Of a stretch of DNA of 64,000 nucleotides, positions 10,087 to 21,519 are shown one piece after another. The stretch's first letter is position 1. Each line of letters begins with the position of its first letter. Source of the DNA: Mayamaea pseudoterrestris (Eukaryota); assembly GCA_027923505.1 (NCBI GenBank), contig BROI01000010.1, positions 310,001 to 374,000 on the forward strand. Reading direction: 5' to 3'. The translations under genes and the position numbers were made by a program. The notes beneath the pieces are model-generated. The model was not told the origin of the DNA. It saw only the letters and a program-made list of their open reading frames with translations, and searched no databases.

Positions 10087-12666
10087 TCATGTCATGAGTG
10101 CAGTTTCCGAGCCCCATTGGCGGGCCATCTTGAGCGCTTCGGCCGCGTTCCTTTTTATTCTGAACGTGCCATTTTTCTGCAATGAATCGAGCTGAACAAT
10201 CGAGCTTGTCATCTTTCGCAAACTTGTCGACTCGTGCGGACTGGTCGACAACTGAATAAGAGTCACGAAACCTTGTAAAATAAGTAGCATGGTGCGCTGA
10301 CTGCTTAGAACTTGATCCAAATTTACACGATCCATTCCCAACGACTCGTCGCCCAACAGCAGACCTTCGTATAGCGCCACAAATTGGTGCAAAATGCGGG
10401 CTCGTTCTTGATTATCTTGCATTGTCGATGCTTCATACAAATGTGCAGAGAGAAGCATGGAAAATGACTCAACACTAGGTGTCCACTGTATGGATCGTTC
10501 GTCTACTACCCGCCGCTTCTTTCGAAACGCAACTCCCTGTTTCCAAAATGATAATGCCAATCCACTTTGACCCGCTTTACCTGTCGCACATAGCAATTGC
10601 CGCCACGTTGTGTCATCCGGCACCAAATTTGCCGCAAGAATTTCCCGGAGCACCTTTTCGGCTCGATTGACATCACCCACCCGAGCGCATGCTCGTAGCA
10701 GTGCATTGAACGATGCCAAGTCAGGCTGGACGCCCGACGACTTCATCTCTTGAAAGACCAGAAAAACTTTGAGCAGCAATGTGTTGGAGTCGTCGGCGAT
10801 GCTGCGAGTCCTACCATGATTTGTAGGTGTCGCTATGTTGCCCCGCTCAGTCGACTCGACAAGACTCTTCATCAGCTCCGTATATACGTGGATTGCTGTG
10901 GTATCTTCCGCGGCTACAATGCCATCTTTCGTGTCGGTATCAACATGCTGCCATGCTCGACTGGACGTCGCCCATGCCTTATTACCATGATGCTGCTCCA
11001 GCTCTGCCAATCGCTCTGCCCGCATCATGAGCGACGTGTACATGACTTCGCTCGGTGCGATGCCATGGGTTTTCATGTATTTTAAAACACTCAATGTTTC
11101 AACTGTCCGTCCAATCCGGAGCAACGAATCCGTCAAGCATCCGCAAGTGACGGTATTGGGCGAAACGCCAAAATTGGGCATGGCATAAAAGAGCTTAAGG
11201 GCCGTTTCCCAGCGACCAGCCTTGCCACACGCGTTAATAGCAGCCGTCCATGCGCCGACCTCGTTGCTTAACACAATAACTTTGCCACCAGGCATGTTTA
11301 GCTGCAACTTTTCTTGCTCCTTCTTGTCGCGAAGCATTAGTCGAAGCCCTTGCAATGCCAAGTCACTTCGACGAGCCTTGGAAGCCGCGTCAATCAATGC
11401 CGTGTAAGTCATGCCATTGGGACGTACGTTGCATTCCTTCATTTCTTCGAACAGAGCAAAGGCAAGTGACAAGGGGTCTTGAGGATAATCACTCTCGCTT
11501 GTGGTGTTTAGTTTACGCTCCGTCGTAAATGCTCCTGCAATTAATGACTCAGCTTGGTAGTACTGCAATCGTGCTGCATTGTTGCTCGTCACCGCCGTCG
11601 TGGCAATGAGGCTCGTATAGGAGCGAACGTCGGGTTGAATTCCAGTCGCTTCCATCTCGCGCTTGACCAGCAGTGCCATCCGCAAATTTCCAACCTTGCT
11701 GCAAGCGTCCAATAGTGTATTGAATGTCACCAAGTTTGGTTTCAAGTCGCTGCAATCGTCGTTGGCGTCCAGCAGGAGTACGTTTCCCGCAAGAGCTGCA
11801 CCTCCAACAGAACTATTCTTCATTTGCTGAGTGCAACTGGCGTTGGCGTCCAGCAAGAGTCTGTTTGTCGCCACTGCATCTTCATTGAAACTATGCTTCA
11901 TTTGCTGATAAAGTGCAAAACAAATGTCCAATTGCTTTAGCTTTGTATAAGCATTCATGAGAATGTTGCAGGCTCGGGTGTCGGGTAAAATGTGGTCGTT
12001 CCGCAGCATGCGAAAGAGCCTCAATGAAACGGCAGGTTTCGACAAGCGATTTGATCGAGACATGAGCGTCGAGTAGGTGACAAGAGTCGGGCATAAGGTT
12101 GGTAGTTTTGAACTGCTGTATGGTTGCTGCTGAAGTTTGGCTAGCTTGCGCATTTTTCCAAAGAGCTTGAGTGATCTTAGCATGTCGCCGTCGTCTCCAA
12201 ACCTTGCTAAGGCCGCGTTACATTCCCGAATGGTAGGAATCACTGGAATTAATTTTGGTGCAAATGATGAAGGCGAACTTAATGACGAAGCAGAAGAAAG
12301 CGTATCTATTGCTTGGTGTATATGCTGCTCGATGATTTGCGCCATGGCTGTCGTCATCACAGACCGCCGCTTTTGCTGACTGGATGATAAGTTGCGAAAT
12401 TTAGGCTGGTATTTTGTATATGATCTTTGTGTACGTTGTTTTATTTGCTGACTCTTCCAATGTATCGAAGCGTCATTGTTGTCCAAGATTCCTCCTTCCT
12501 CTTGCCTTGATTCTAGTGAAACAAAACGCTGAGTAGCTCGTCTGCAGCCATGCTTTTGCCTCGGAAATTCACAGGACAGCAGCGCATACCCACGACCCTG
12601 AATCAGCAACAACATTAGTACTCGCTTCATCCAGCATTTTCTTCTTTTAACACAAGTGAAGTACAT
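10087..12666 (-). CDS. Organelle-targeted pentatricopeptide repeat (PPR) protein
   Basis: Multiple PPR motifs (PNLVTFNTLLDACSKVG, PNGMTYTALIDA, WTAAINACGKAGRWE, PDLASFNALLRAC). Confidence 0.93.
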   Translation of the reverse strand: MYFTCVKRRKCWMKRVLMLLLIQGRGYALLSCEFPRQKHGCRRATQRFVSLESRQEEGGILDNNDASIHWKSQQIKQRTQRSYTKYQPKFRNLSSSQQKRRSVMTTAMAQIIEQHIHQAIDTLSSASSLSSPSSFAPKLIPVIPTIRECNAALARFGDDGDMLRSLKLFGKMRKLAKLQQQPYSSSKLPTLCPTLVTYSTLMSRSNRLSKPAVSLRLFRMLRNDHILPDTRACNILMNAYTKLKQLDICFALYQQMKHSFNEDAVATNRLLLDANASCTQQMKNSSVGGAALAGNVLLLDANDDCSDLKPNLVTFNTLLDACSKVGNLRMALLVKREMEATGIQPDVRSYTSLIATTAVTSNNAARLQYYQAESLIAGAFTTERKLNTTSESDYPQDPLSLAFALFEEMKECNVRPNGMTYTALIDAASKARRSDLALQGLRLMLRDKKEQEKLQLNMPGGKVIVLSNEVGAWTAAINACGKAGRWETALKLFYAMPNFGVSPNTVTCGCLTDSLLRIGRTVETLSVLKYMKTHGIAPSEVMYTSLMMRAERLAELEQHHGNKAWATSSRAWQHVDTDTKDGIVAAEDTTAIHVYTELMKSLVESTERGNIATPTNHGRTRSIADDSNTLLLKVFLVFQEMKSSGVQPDLASFNALLRACARVGDVNRAEKVLREILAANLVPDDTTWRQLLCATGKAGQSGLALSFWKQGVAFRKKRRVVDERSIQWTPSVESFSMLLSAHLYEASTMQDNQERARILHQFVALYEGLLLGDESLGMDRVNLDQVLSSQRTMLLILQGFVTLIQLSTSPHESTSLRKMTSSIVQLDSLQKNGTFRIKRNAAEALKMARQWGSETALMT

Positions 12667-12899
12667 AACAAGGAATTATCAAAATGATTCATCGTCGCGG
12701 ACGGATCGGTGGATGGTGTCGAAACTAGGCTTGCGTGCAAAGCGGTACTGAAATGTTGAGTTTCATTGGCGAAGATACCTACGAAGACAATCACTCGCTA
12801 ATTGAACGACCCGGCAGGCTCGCCTCGCTCGAACATTCTGTGTCGGAGGGAAGCCATGCACCCACAAATTCTTTCACAGCGACACAACAAATCTCCACC

Positions 12900-14009
12900 A
12901 TGATCATGCACCAACATCTTGCTGCTCTTCTGCTGCTAGCGACGGCTATAAGACCTACTGTTGCAGCCAAGTATCCAGATACATGCATTTCATCATCGTC
13001 ATCGTCATTTGGGGTCTACAGCAGTCGCGTCACCTCTCGACAGAAGCACGAGGAACGCATGGAAAGCGCCTACCGATCCATTCGCCCAACGACAACATGC
13101 TCTTCAACGACAAACTCATTAACTCGCCAAGAGGAAGACGAAGATGAAGTGGACTATGACATTCAAGACGAGGCTGCCACCAAGTTTGACCGATTCGAGC
13201 CAACGACAACGACTCTACATTGCGCAACTACCAGCAATCATCACAGAACACGAAACTACCACCGCCAGCAACAGCCCCGGCAGGAGCATCATCCATTTTT
13301 GCAGATTCCTTGTCAACTAGTAGCATCCGCTGCCATGCAGGAGGATTCGATACCCGTGTCAAGCAGTCGATCCTCGAAACAAGCATCAACGCGAACAAGT
13401 AGCGCATCCGACTGTTGCTGCTGCATTGACACTGGCGCCCAGCGCTCGGTCATGAGTTTGGAGTGCGCCAAGGCGTGTGGATTAATGGCGCATGTCGATC
13501 GTCGGTATGCTGGTCAAGCGGTTGGCGTGGGAGGAAGTGTGTCCGTCCTTGGTCGCATTCCGGCTGGAGTTGTTCAACTGCATTGCAGCTCAGAGCGACA
13601 AGAGAATACGAGCAGAAGAAACAAGCATGCTGATGACTCGTTGTCATTATCAGTCATGGCTCCAAGTATTATTATCATTGAGCGCATTGGACCCAAGACG
13701 ACTGGAGCATCGTCGAGCGAACAGAATCAATCGATTGATTTACTACTAGGTCTCGACTTTTTGCGCGAGCACCAAGCTGTCTTGGATCTACAAAAGGAAG
13801 ACTTGCAGCTGCAAGTGAATGGCCGCTTACTCAGTGTACCGTTCATGCGACCAAAAGTGAAGGGAATTTTATCGGCAAAGTCAGCATTTGGAATCAAGGG
13901 TGGTGCCATAACTCGCACGCAAGGCATGTCCAAGGAAGAGTATGCCGACTTCAGCGACGACGAAGACTTTGACTTTGATCCAGACGGTGTTGACTTGACA
14001 GGCTTTTGA
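12900..14009 (+). CDS. Ddi1-type retroviral-like aspartyl protease with N-terminal signal peptide
   Basis: IDTGAQRSVMS..CAKACGL..VDRRYAGQAVGVG...GRI and DLLLGLDFLREHQAVLDL match the Ddi1 RVP domain; N-terminus MIMHQHLAALLLLATAIRPTVAA. Confidence 0.85.
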   Translation: MIMHQHLAALLLLATAIRPTVAAKYPDTCISSSSSSFGVYSSRVTSRQKHEERMESAYRSIRPTTTCSSTTNSLTRQEEDEDEVDYDIQDEAATKFDRFEPTTTTLHCATTSNHHRTRNYHRQQQPRQEHHPFLQIPCQLVASAAMQEDSIPVSSSRSSKQASTRTSSASDCCCCIDTGAQRSVMSLECAKACGLMAHVDRRYAGQAVGVGGSVSVLGRIPAGVVQLHCSSERQENTSRRNKHADDSLSLSVMAPSIIIIERIGPKTTGASSSEQNQSIDLLLGLDFLREHQAVLDLQKEDLQLQVNGRLLSVPFMRPKVKGILSAKSAFGIKGGAITRTQGMSKEEYADFSDDEDFDFDPDGVDLTGF

Positions 14010-14429
14010 GCAATGTCCGTGATAGCGTTACCCATAGCAAGCGCAACCGGTTGCGCGAACAACGAATTTGCTGCTGCTGACGATGTATAATAATTTATGA
14101 GGGTCTCCAATCATTCATTCATTTAGCTATTCTTGACATTATTGGCTGCTTCACTTCTACATAGTAATTCTGTAATGCGACTGTCATGTTTATTATTCGG
14201 TATAGCCCTCCGGCGTTTGTATATTTGTTCAGTGACTTGTCGCTTGCATGACATGCAACTTGCTCATAAGAACTACCGGTAGTACTTGTAGTTAAAACTA
14301 TGTACACAAATCACTTTAGAGTATAAGCATAAGTCTATATCAGGAAAGATTATTTTTTTGTATGAGTATGAGTCAATGATTAATTGCTGGTTTGTAAAAT
14401 TGATAAACATGACAGCAGTTTGCAAGCAA

Positions 14430-16046
14430 CTACACTTCTGCCGACTGTCTTTTCGAGGATGGTGCGTGCGTTCGCTTAGACCGATACTCGTTTTTCTCAT
14501 GAACATTGCGCGTCCAATCACTCGGCAAGTCTCGTCGGCTACGTCCGTCCATTAGTTGTCGGTAACATTCCGGAGATGCAGCCTCGCGGAACCGGCTGAG
14601 AACCATGTCGCCAACGCAGCCATCAGCGCAGGCTGTTTCGAAGACTTCGCGCGATACTTGCTTGCGAATCGGTGATGAGCTTGGAAGAAGTTTGCCACAA
14701 GCCTTGAGCATAGTGCCGTAAGTCACGTGGTTGGCATGCAGGTATGAGCTTGTTTGAATTTCTCGAAAGGTGCGCAAGGCAACGTCAAACGCTCGAAGCT
14801 TGTCCTTTTTATGACCGGACTCACCCGCGCAGCTTGCAATGACAGAGGTATAGCCATAGACGTCCGGTTTGCAGCGAGGACAATTTCCTGCCGCGTGCAA
14901 TGCTATCTGGCGATTCAAAATGGCGCGGGTACGCTTGTAGGCCCCCGGGACATTGGACTTGGCCCAGCAGCCCATGGCTGTATTGTAGAGCAAAGTGTCA
15001 GGCGCAAGTGTGCGTTTGCCTTGATAAAAACCGTCTTCAACATGCTGAAGGAACACATCCGCTCGATTGGCCGCCAGTGCTTTGTCTTTGCTGCAACTCT
15101 TGGTCAAAGCTCCCATGACAATAGCGTAGCTTGCACGATCTGGTGCAACGGCTGCGTCGCCTCGGCTCTCCAGCAGCTCCATGAAACTCAAAACGTCCGT
15201 CGCTCGTTCCAGCGCGTAATGGGCCGAGCTCTTGCACCAAGCCGACAACACGGCGTTGAAGCTGGTCGTTCGAGGTTTCAGTATTGGAAATCCTGTCTCC
15301 TCGTACATGCGCTCCATGACGCCCATTAGCTTCTCGGCCTTTTTCGGTGCGTCCTTGCGTCCACTGTTACTCCACGTTTGCAAAACGATATCAAAACAGT
15401 CACTGTCTGGCAATGCTTGCAGATTTTCTTGTGTTTGCACTAATCGAATCATCCACTCCAAGACACGCTGAGCCCGAATTGGCGCATAGTCGCAGTCTTT
15501 GGCTTGTCGCCACGCCATTAAAACAACCTTGAAGCTCGATAAGTTTGGCTTCGGTCCTTGCTCCTGCATGCCATGCAATATTTGCTCGCAACGTTCCGCC
15601 GCAGCGATTCCGCAGTCGGCTCGCGCCCAACCTTCCAGTAAACAGTTGTAGTCTTCCAACGTTGTTTCCGCCAAAACATTGCCTGCTCTTTGCTCGTCAA
15701 TGACGCGCTTGACCAAGGATTCGACGGCAAGTGCAGCTTCCTTGGTGTGTCGGCGCGTCTCTAGATGCGACCATGCATACATTAGTTCGTGACCTTGCGA
15801 AATCTCTCTTGTTGACAAATGTCCAGGCGTCTTGGTGCAAATGGTGCTCGTCATTCTCTTGAGCCATTCGACTTGACGCTGATGTGGGACAGTGCCAGTC
15901 ACATATGAAGAAGCTAATCGGAAGCTGTCCATGGACAGAAGCAAAACTAGCAGCAGGGAGGTTATATTGGTACAACTAGACATGGTTCGCTTGGTATGTG
16001 GATGCAGTTTCCTTGATCTTGGCTTAATCATGATCGTTGTTGTCAT
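14430..16046 (-). CDS. PPR-like organellar RNA-binding protein (diatom type)
   Basis: YNCLLEGWAR, PNLSSFKVVLMAW, PRTTSFNAVLSAW, PDTLLYNTAMGCWAK, PDVYGYTSVIASC and NHVTYGTMLKAC repeats; signal-like N-terminus. Confidence 0.88.
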   Translation of the reverse strand: MTTTIMIKPRSRKLHPHTKRTMSSCTNITSLLLVLLLSMDSFRLASSYVTGTVPHQRQVEWLKRMTSTICTKTPGHLSTREISQGHELMYAWSHLETRRHTKEAALAVESLVKRVIDEQRAGNVLAETTLEDYNCLLEGWARADCGIAAAERCEQILHGMQEQGPKPNLSSFKVVLMAWRQAKDCDYAPIRAQRVLEWMIRLVQTQENLQALPDSDCFDIVLQTWSNSGRKDAPKKAEKLMGVMERMYEETGFPILKPRTTSFNAVLSAWCKSSAHYALERATDVLSFMELLESRGDAAVAPDRASYAIVMGALTKSCSKDKALAANRADVFLQHVEDGFYQGKRTLAPDTLLYNTAMGCWAKSNVPGAYKRTRAILNRQIALHAAGNCPRCKPDVYGYTSVIASCAGESGHKKDKLRAFDVALRTFREIQTSSYLHANHVTYGTMLKACGKLLPSSSPIRKQVSREVFETACADGCVGDMVLSRFREAASPECYRQLMDGRSRRDLPSDWTRNVHEKNEYRSKRTHAPSSKRQSAEV

Positions 16047-17095
16047 CTAGGGCAAATTCTGTGCATGTGTATTCGCTTTGGTAATGTTTTTCTATACGCT
16101 CCTCCGACACAGAAAGAGTCAGCAGCTCGATGGAATTGTTGTTCGATCGGTCTGATTCAACATTTTCCAAATTCCGTTCGTGTGACAGGGAGCTCTGGAA
16201 GTTCCGGCGAATGGCCTCTTCCAAAAGGGCGGCCTCTTCTTCATTGACTCAGCACGACCAAGCGCCGACGAACAATTGGCAGGCTGGAGTTGACGCATCG
16301 TCGATAAGTAAGCGAGAACCAACCAGCTGGCTGACCGTGACCACGTCATTGTCGAGCGGAAAACGGATCGTGGCGCAAAACGAAAATGTGCGCGATCTTG
16401 AAACTTCAAGTTTGCCCGCCCGGCTCGCACCAACATGTCGTAGCGAAACCTAAGCGATAGATCCCGCGACATCGACATCGACCGCATCGAATTCACGCGA
16501 CATCGGCACAAGCTCGACGTCGGCAAAGATTTAACACTGTTTGGCATAAAAGCAGCAAGGAACGAAACGAAAGAGCCTTGGGCAGACTTGCCAAGCGAGT
16601 TGGTGTTTGAAGCTTGAAACTTGAGGTGTAATATCCACTCGTTTCTCTTCCCGCGCGATTGCCTTTTCCAATCACGTCCGTGTCGACTACACACTTGCAG
16701 TTGCGAAGATAGACAACAAAAAGTATTCAAGAGATGCATATGATGTTTTATAAGTTTAAACCTAAATGTTTCTCGGCCAGGTCACTCTGCGGTCTGACGG
16801 CTCAGGTCGCGTGTATCGAGAGGTGAGATAGGTGCAACACATATCGCGTTTCGAGCAAGCATCAAATCTCGAATCTTGTTCGTTCTGACGTCAAGCTGCT
16901 CTCTCAAACATCGACCCGCTTGTGTTAACTGTATTTTTACATCGTCCCTTGTATTTAATTTTTAACATAGTTTCGCTTCCGCCGTTACTTCTGCATTTGT
17001 GCTTGCCAACGATTGCCGGCGCATTACAAAATAAATGACTATCCATAATCAATTTTGACTCTTTCTTTCTTGATACTGCTTTGAAACGTCAGCAC

Positions 17096-18484
17096 TCACT
17101 GCTGTGCAAGGTAGTCTCCCAATTTATGCATTGCTTGCCGGTAGTCCAGTGCATCGCAGTCATCGACAACAGCACGGTTAAATTCTTGATCTACTTGTCG
17201 AAACAAGGATTCTCGTGGCCGCATGAAGAACGGTGCGCTCATGCGCTGCTCCCGACATGTTGGATCGGAAATGACTCGGTGCACAGTGGCTTTCGTCTCG
17301 CCCTTGGTGAGTAATTCTAGCCACGACCCAGTTATGACAACCGCGTATTGCGAATTCCAATTGTGTTCGCTTGCTGCATCTGCTGCTGTTGCATTTGAGT
17401 GATGCATACCAGCAAGAACTTGTTCGATGCGTATCCATCGCTTGGTGCTTGGATCATACAACTCCAATCCAGGAATGGCACTAACAGGCAATGCCGTGGC
17501 AATGGTCCAATCGCAATGACTGCGCAGCAATCGTCGTCCAGTGCTGGTGTCGTCGTCAATTTCAGTTTGAAGCTCGCCCGAGACATATTGGCATAGCCGA
17601 TGGTACGTTCCTGACATCCAAGGTTCATCATATAATGTGCTGTCCATCTCATAGAGCAGTCGGTCGCGCAACACGGCCGCGTCGCGGGGACACCTCTCGC
17701 CCGAGTTTACGACAGACGTAAAAGTTTTGCAGAGCTGTGACATTAGTTGAAAGGCCGATGCGGCTTGTTCCATGCCACAAGGTCCAACTAGCGTTTTCAA
17801 ACTGCGTGGGACGAGCTGATGGTCGTGGAGCAGCTGCGTTTGAACGTGAAGATACCCAGATTGTCGCTTGTCGTTGGATAACTTGCTATTGGCACTTGCA
17901 TCAGCCAGACTGAATCCACGTATTAAGCCGTGCTCGTCATTCTCTTGATTGATGAATAGCGTTTCAATGCATTTCCACATGTCATTGACAACAGTCGCTG
18001 CCACCTTGTCCAGTCGAACAACACACCAGCCTCCAGAGTTTTGAATGCGGCGACAAAAGTCTTGTCGTTTCTGCTGTATTGCTTCTCCATCTACCGTATC
18101 GCCATCATCAATTATCATTTGAAGCATATCATTCCAGTCAATAATGTTTATAGCAGTGTCTTGTCTATCGGCTGTTGTGTCATCATGGCACGTTCGAACG
18201 TCATGACTTTCGTCGGCTTGCTGTATTAGCTGATTCTGGTGCTCGCGAAATAAATTCAAAGGTGTCGTCCCCTGCAGAGATGTTTCAGCTGGTGCCGAGG
18301 CTGCAGTCAAAAGCAGACATGACGATGAGTCGCAGATATGATTGATGGGTGTGTTAACGCTGAAACGGCCTCGTGGAGAGCGAACGACAAAGGCGTGACA
18401 GCATCGTAAAGCAATGGTGAAAAGTAGCAGCAGGTATAATAATGGTCTCATGCCTCTGGTGAGTATTCTAGCGATATGCAACAA
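17096..18484 (-). CDS. 2-oxoglutarate/Fe(II)-dependent oxygenase (IPNS-like), likely plastid-targeted
   Basis: HCDWT...PGLEL...TVHRV...RMSAPFF facial-triad and RxS motifs; presequence CHA-F. Confidence 0.82.
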   Translation of the reverse strand: MLHIARILTRGMRPLLYLLLLFTIALRCCHAFVVRSPRGRFSVNTPINHICDSSSCLLLTAASAPAETSLQGTTPLNLFREHQNQLIQQADESHDVRTCHDDTTADRQDTAINIIDWNDMLQMIIDDGDTVDGEAIQQKRQDFCRRIQNSGGWCVVRLDKVAATVVNDMWKCIETLFINQENDEHGLIRGFSLADASANSKLSNDKRQSGYLHVQTQLLHDHQLVPRSLKTLVGPCGMEQAASAFQLMSQLCKTFTSVVNSGERCPRDAAVLRDRLLYEMDSTLYDEPWMSGTYHRLCQYVSGELQTEIDDDTSTGRRLLRSHCDWTIATALPVSAIPGLELYDPSTKRWIRIEQVLAGMHHSNATAADAASEHNWNSQYAVVITGSWLELLTKGETKATVHRVISDPTCREQRMSAPFFMRPRESLFRQVDQEFNRAVVDDCDALDYRQAMHKLGDYLAQQ

Positions 18485-18669
18485 ATCCGATGACCCTGCT
18501 TAGTTTCCTCGTGGTGCATGCGTCATTCGACTCGGCTCATCCATGGTCGTTTCGAATTTCGGTCAATACCAGTTGATGTCGCACAACGACTCCGGATCGC
18601 AGCCTCGTCTTCACAACTCGCTTCCAATGATTGTTCGACCATGCTGCTGCTCCGCAAGCACCGCGTTCA

Positions 18670-19848
18670 ATGACAAGTGTATGGATTCGTTTGGTGCAGC
18701 TCCTTGCCGTGAGTCTTCTCGCTGAAGCTTGGGTAATGCATCCGTTTTCGAGGCGACTGACAGTTCGTTTGAGGCGACAATCATCAACAAGCCGACAACT
18801 GCTGCAACTTCTTTCCAGTTTTACTTCTGAGCATACTCCTACCGCATCAAAGCAAACAGTTGCAGTCGTTGGATCGGGTGCTATTGGATGCTACTATGGT
18901 GCTCGACTATGGGAAGCTGGCCATGACGTCAAATTCTTGCTCCGAAGCGACTTTGACTACTGTCGAACCAATGGCATGAATGTAACCTCCATTCTCGGAA
19001 ACTTGCACATTTCTTCTCATCAGCTGCAAGCCTTTAATTCTACATGCGACATGGGCCAAGTGGATTGGGTGTTAGTGTGCGTCAAGAGCACCAGCTTTGA
19101 CGATATACCTCAACTGATACGTCCATTGCTCAATGTCAGCCGAACGCGAGTCATGCTTATTATGAATGGACTCGAATTGGAAGAAATTCTTACCAAAATG
19201 ATGGGTCCGTCCTTTTGCCGCGCCTTGTATGGAGGCATGGCGTTTATCTGCGCAAATCGTCTAGGTCCGGGCCATGTTGACCACACTTTCGCGGGCTTGC
19301 TCGCAGCAGGTCGACACTTTGGCTGCAGCTGCAGCGACGACAGTGTTGCAGAGGATCAAGCTGCATTGGAGCAGCTATGGGAACCAACTAAAGTCGACGT
19401 CGCGTACGATCCGGTATTACTGCGGGGACGATGGAAAAAGATGCTATGGAATTTGCCTTTCAATGGCATCTCTGTGGCCATGGGTGGCATTACGGTTGAC
19501 CAAATTGTTGGCAATGCTAGTCTGCGCAAACTTGCCAAGAGAATTATGCAAGAGACGCTTGCGATTGCCAATGCAGACTTGGAGGCTCGTGTCAAGGAAC
19601 CAGGGATAGCTTGTGAGCCTTTCACGGATTCCGACATGGATGCCATGATGAGCTTGTCCGACAATATGGACTTTGCCTACAAGACATCTACCATGCTGGA
19701 TCTGACTTTTCGAAAACCCATGGAAGTTCGCTTTTTGTTTGAAACACCGCTGGAACGAGCAAAAGAATTAGGTGTTGCAGCTCCATGCTTGGAGACGATA
19801 GTGGCGCAAATTGAAGGTTTCCAGAGCATGTACGGCCTATACAGCTAA
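18670..19848 (+). CDS. panE: 2-dehydropantoate 2-reductase (ketopantoate reductase, PanE/ApbA family), organelle-targeted
   Basis: VAVVGSGAIGCYYG Rossmann motif, CVKS, MNG, WKKMLWNLPFN and TSTMLD...E. Confidence 0.88.
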   Translation: MTSVWIRLVQLLAVSLLAEAWVMHPFSRRLTVRLRRQSSTSRQLLQLLSSFTSEHTPTASKQTVAVVGSGAIGCYYGARLWEAGHDVKFLLRSDFDYCRTNGMNVTSILGNLHISSHQLQAFNSTCDMGQVDWVLVCVKSTSFDDIPQLIRPLLNVSRTRVMLIMNGLELEEILTKMMGPSFCRALYGGMAFICANRLGPGHVDHTFAGLLAAGRHFGCSCSDDSVAEDQAALEQLWEPTKVDVAYDPVLLRGRWKKMLWNLPFNGISVAMGGITVDQIVGNASLRKLAKRIMQETLAIANADLEARVKEPGIACEPFTDSDMDAMMSLSDNMDFAYKTSTMLDLTFRKPMEVRFLFETPLERAKELGVAAPCLETIVAQIEGFQSMYGLYS

Positions 19849-20097
19849 TACCTAGCAGTGGCACTAATTGATTAGAAGATTGATGCAGTGGGTATGAGCT
19901 TTAACTCTAAAGTATTACACCTTGAGCAACCTACAGTACCGGTTCGCTTGGTTAACATGCGTTAGCTCGCTTCGAACGGTACTCACTGCCATGTCGCATA
20001 ACGACTTGAACGTCGTGGCTTCCGTGCGTCCGGAGCGAGGGGATGGAGGCATTTCGCAAGCAAATCAAGCAACTCCTTTGCAGCTTTTGGAACGACC

Positions 20098-21123
20098 ATG
20101 AGTGATCAAGGCGACGACGGTTTCGGTCAGCAGACCCTTGAGCATCTTCACAATGATACGTACGATGCTGCGGCACATGAGCCGCTCCCGTACGCGCCGC
20201 AGCATGAATCTGACGCCTCGCTCCTATTGCCGCCGCAGCAGCACGACGATTTACTCATAGCGGATGATCAGCAGGATGATGATGACGACGCTTCGTCTCC
20301 TCGTCCGACTGACTCGCATCTCGAGAGTCCAGAGGAGCTTTACGCCGAAGCTACGGCTGCTGTAGAAGCTGCCGCGGCCGCTTCACTTGAAAATCCTCAT
20401 GTTGAAGACATTGTCCTTCCAACGGCATCAGGCGGCAACGCCGCTCCGCCAATGGACATTAATTCACTCCAGTCGGCCCTTGCCTCCAAGGAGGCCGAAG
20501 TTGAAGCACTTAAAAAGGCTCTCAAGCGCCGTGATCGGCAATTGATTCGCCAAGCATCGCAGCAGTCAACGTCTGCGATTATTGGAGAAGCGGTGCTCAA
20601 GCACGCCAAGGGCGAGGACGCGAACAATTCAAACCTTATCTCCGCCATTGATCCCAACAAGATTTCGAACCTTGAGCAGCGATGGAAAGCTCGCTTCCAA
20701 CAACTAGTTTGTTTTAAACTAAAGCATGGTCACTCCAATGTCCCCAAGAGTTTCGACGCTTCGCTGCATGCCTGGGTTCGCAAGCAGCGGGTCAACAAGC
20801 AGCTTCGTGACAAAACGCAAGGGGACCGCGGATTATCCGTGCATCAAGTGGAGGCGCTTGATGCGTTGGATTTCGACTGGTATGTTGGCTATCGCTCGCT
20901 TGACGATCAGTGGGATCTGAACTACCAAAAAGTGTTGATGTTGAGTCACGCCCAAGGGCATTTGGAAACGACCAGTGATAAGAGCCTTAACAAGTGGATG
21001 CAGAATCAACGAGCCCGACGCAAGTTGCTGGAGCAAAAGGGAGCTGGCAAGGCCAAGGGCATGACGTGGGAGCGAGTTCACAAGCTGGATGCAATCAACT
21101 TTCGATGGGAGACGAGAAAGTAG
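20098..21123 (+). CDS. Helicase-associated (HA) domain repeat protein with coiled coil
   Basis: Two HA repeats: WKARFQQLVCFKLKHGHSNVP...LHAWVRKQR...LDALDFDW and WDLNYQK...LNKWMQNQR...LDAINFRW. Confidence 0.88.
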   Translation: MSDQGDDGFGQQTLEHLHNDTYDAAAHEPLPYAPQHESDASLLLPPQQHDDLLIADDQQDDDDDASSPRPTDSHLESPEELYAEATAAVEAAAAASLENPHVEDIVLPTASGGNAAPPMDINSLQSALASKEAEVEALKKALKRRDRQLIRQASQQSTSAIIGEAVLKHAKGEDANNSNLISAIDPNKISNLEQRWKARFQQLVCFKLKHGHSNVPKSFDASLHAWVRKQRVNKQLRDKTQGDRGLSVHQVEALDALDFDWYVGYRSLDDQWDLNYQKVLMLSHAQGHLETTSDKSLNKWMQNQRARRKLLEQKGAGKAKGMTWERVHKLDAINFRWETRK

Positions 21124-21519
21124 CGCAAGCATAATGCGGTTGAGCCATTTACTTACTCTATGCATAGTGCGGCGTACAACTTGTGGTATACCAATATAAA
21201 AGCTTTCTTAAGAATATTGGCGTTACAATAAAAGAGTAGACATCGCGATCGTTGCGCGAGATGTTGTCGCGGAAAGAGCAACTATCATCATGATCCTCAG
21301 CCTGGAGTCCCTGCCATTGCAACTATGCAGCTGCTAAATAAATATTAATGTATACTGTATAGAGTAAAGCAAACATAAAGCTATACGGCGATATCACATT
21401 TTGTGCTTCTTGCGCACAAGGGACAGTTATGAAAGGAAATAATATGAATATGCCACGCGGCAACGCTGGTGAAGACTAGCAATCGTCTTTGCCTTTTCAG
21501 CGTGTCAAGGTTTCAACAT

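Noticed and set aside
12900..14009. Retrotransposon protease / LTR element
   Set aside because: The motifs are Ddi1-specific, and no gag, RT, integrase or LTRs are nearby.
16065..16739. Overlapping 107-206 aa ORFs on both strands
   Set aside because: No recognisable motifs or consistent splice structure; probably upstream/UTR sequence of the PPR gene.
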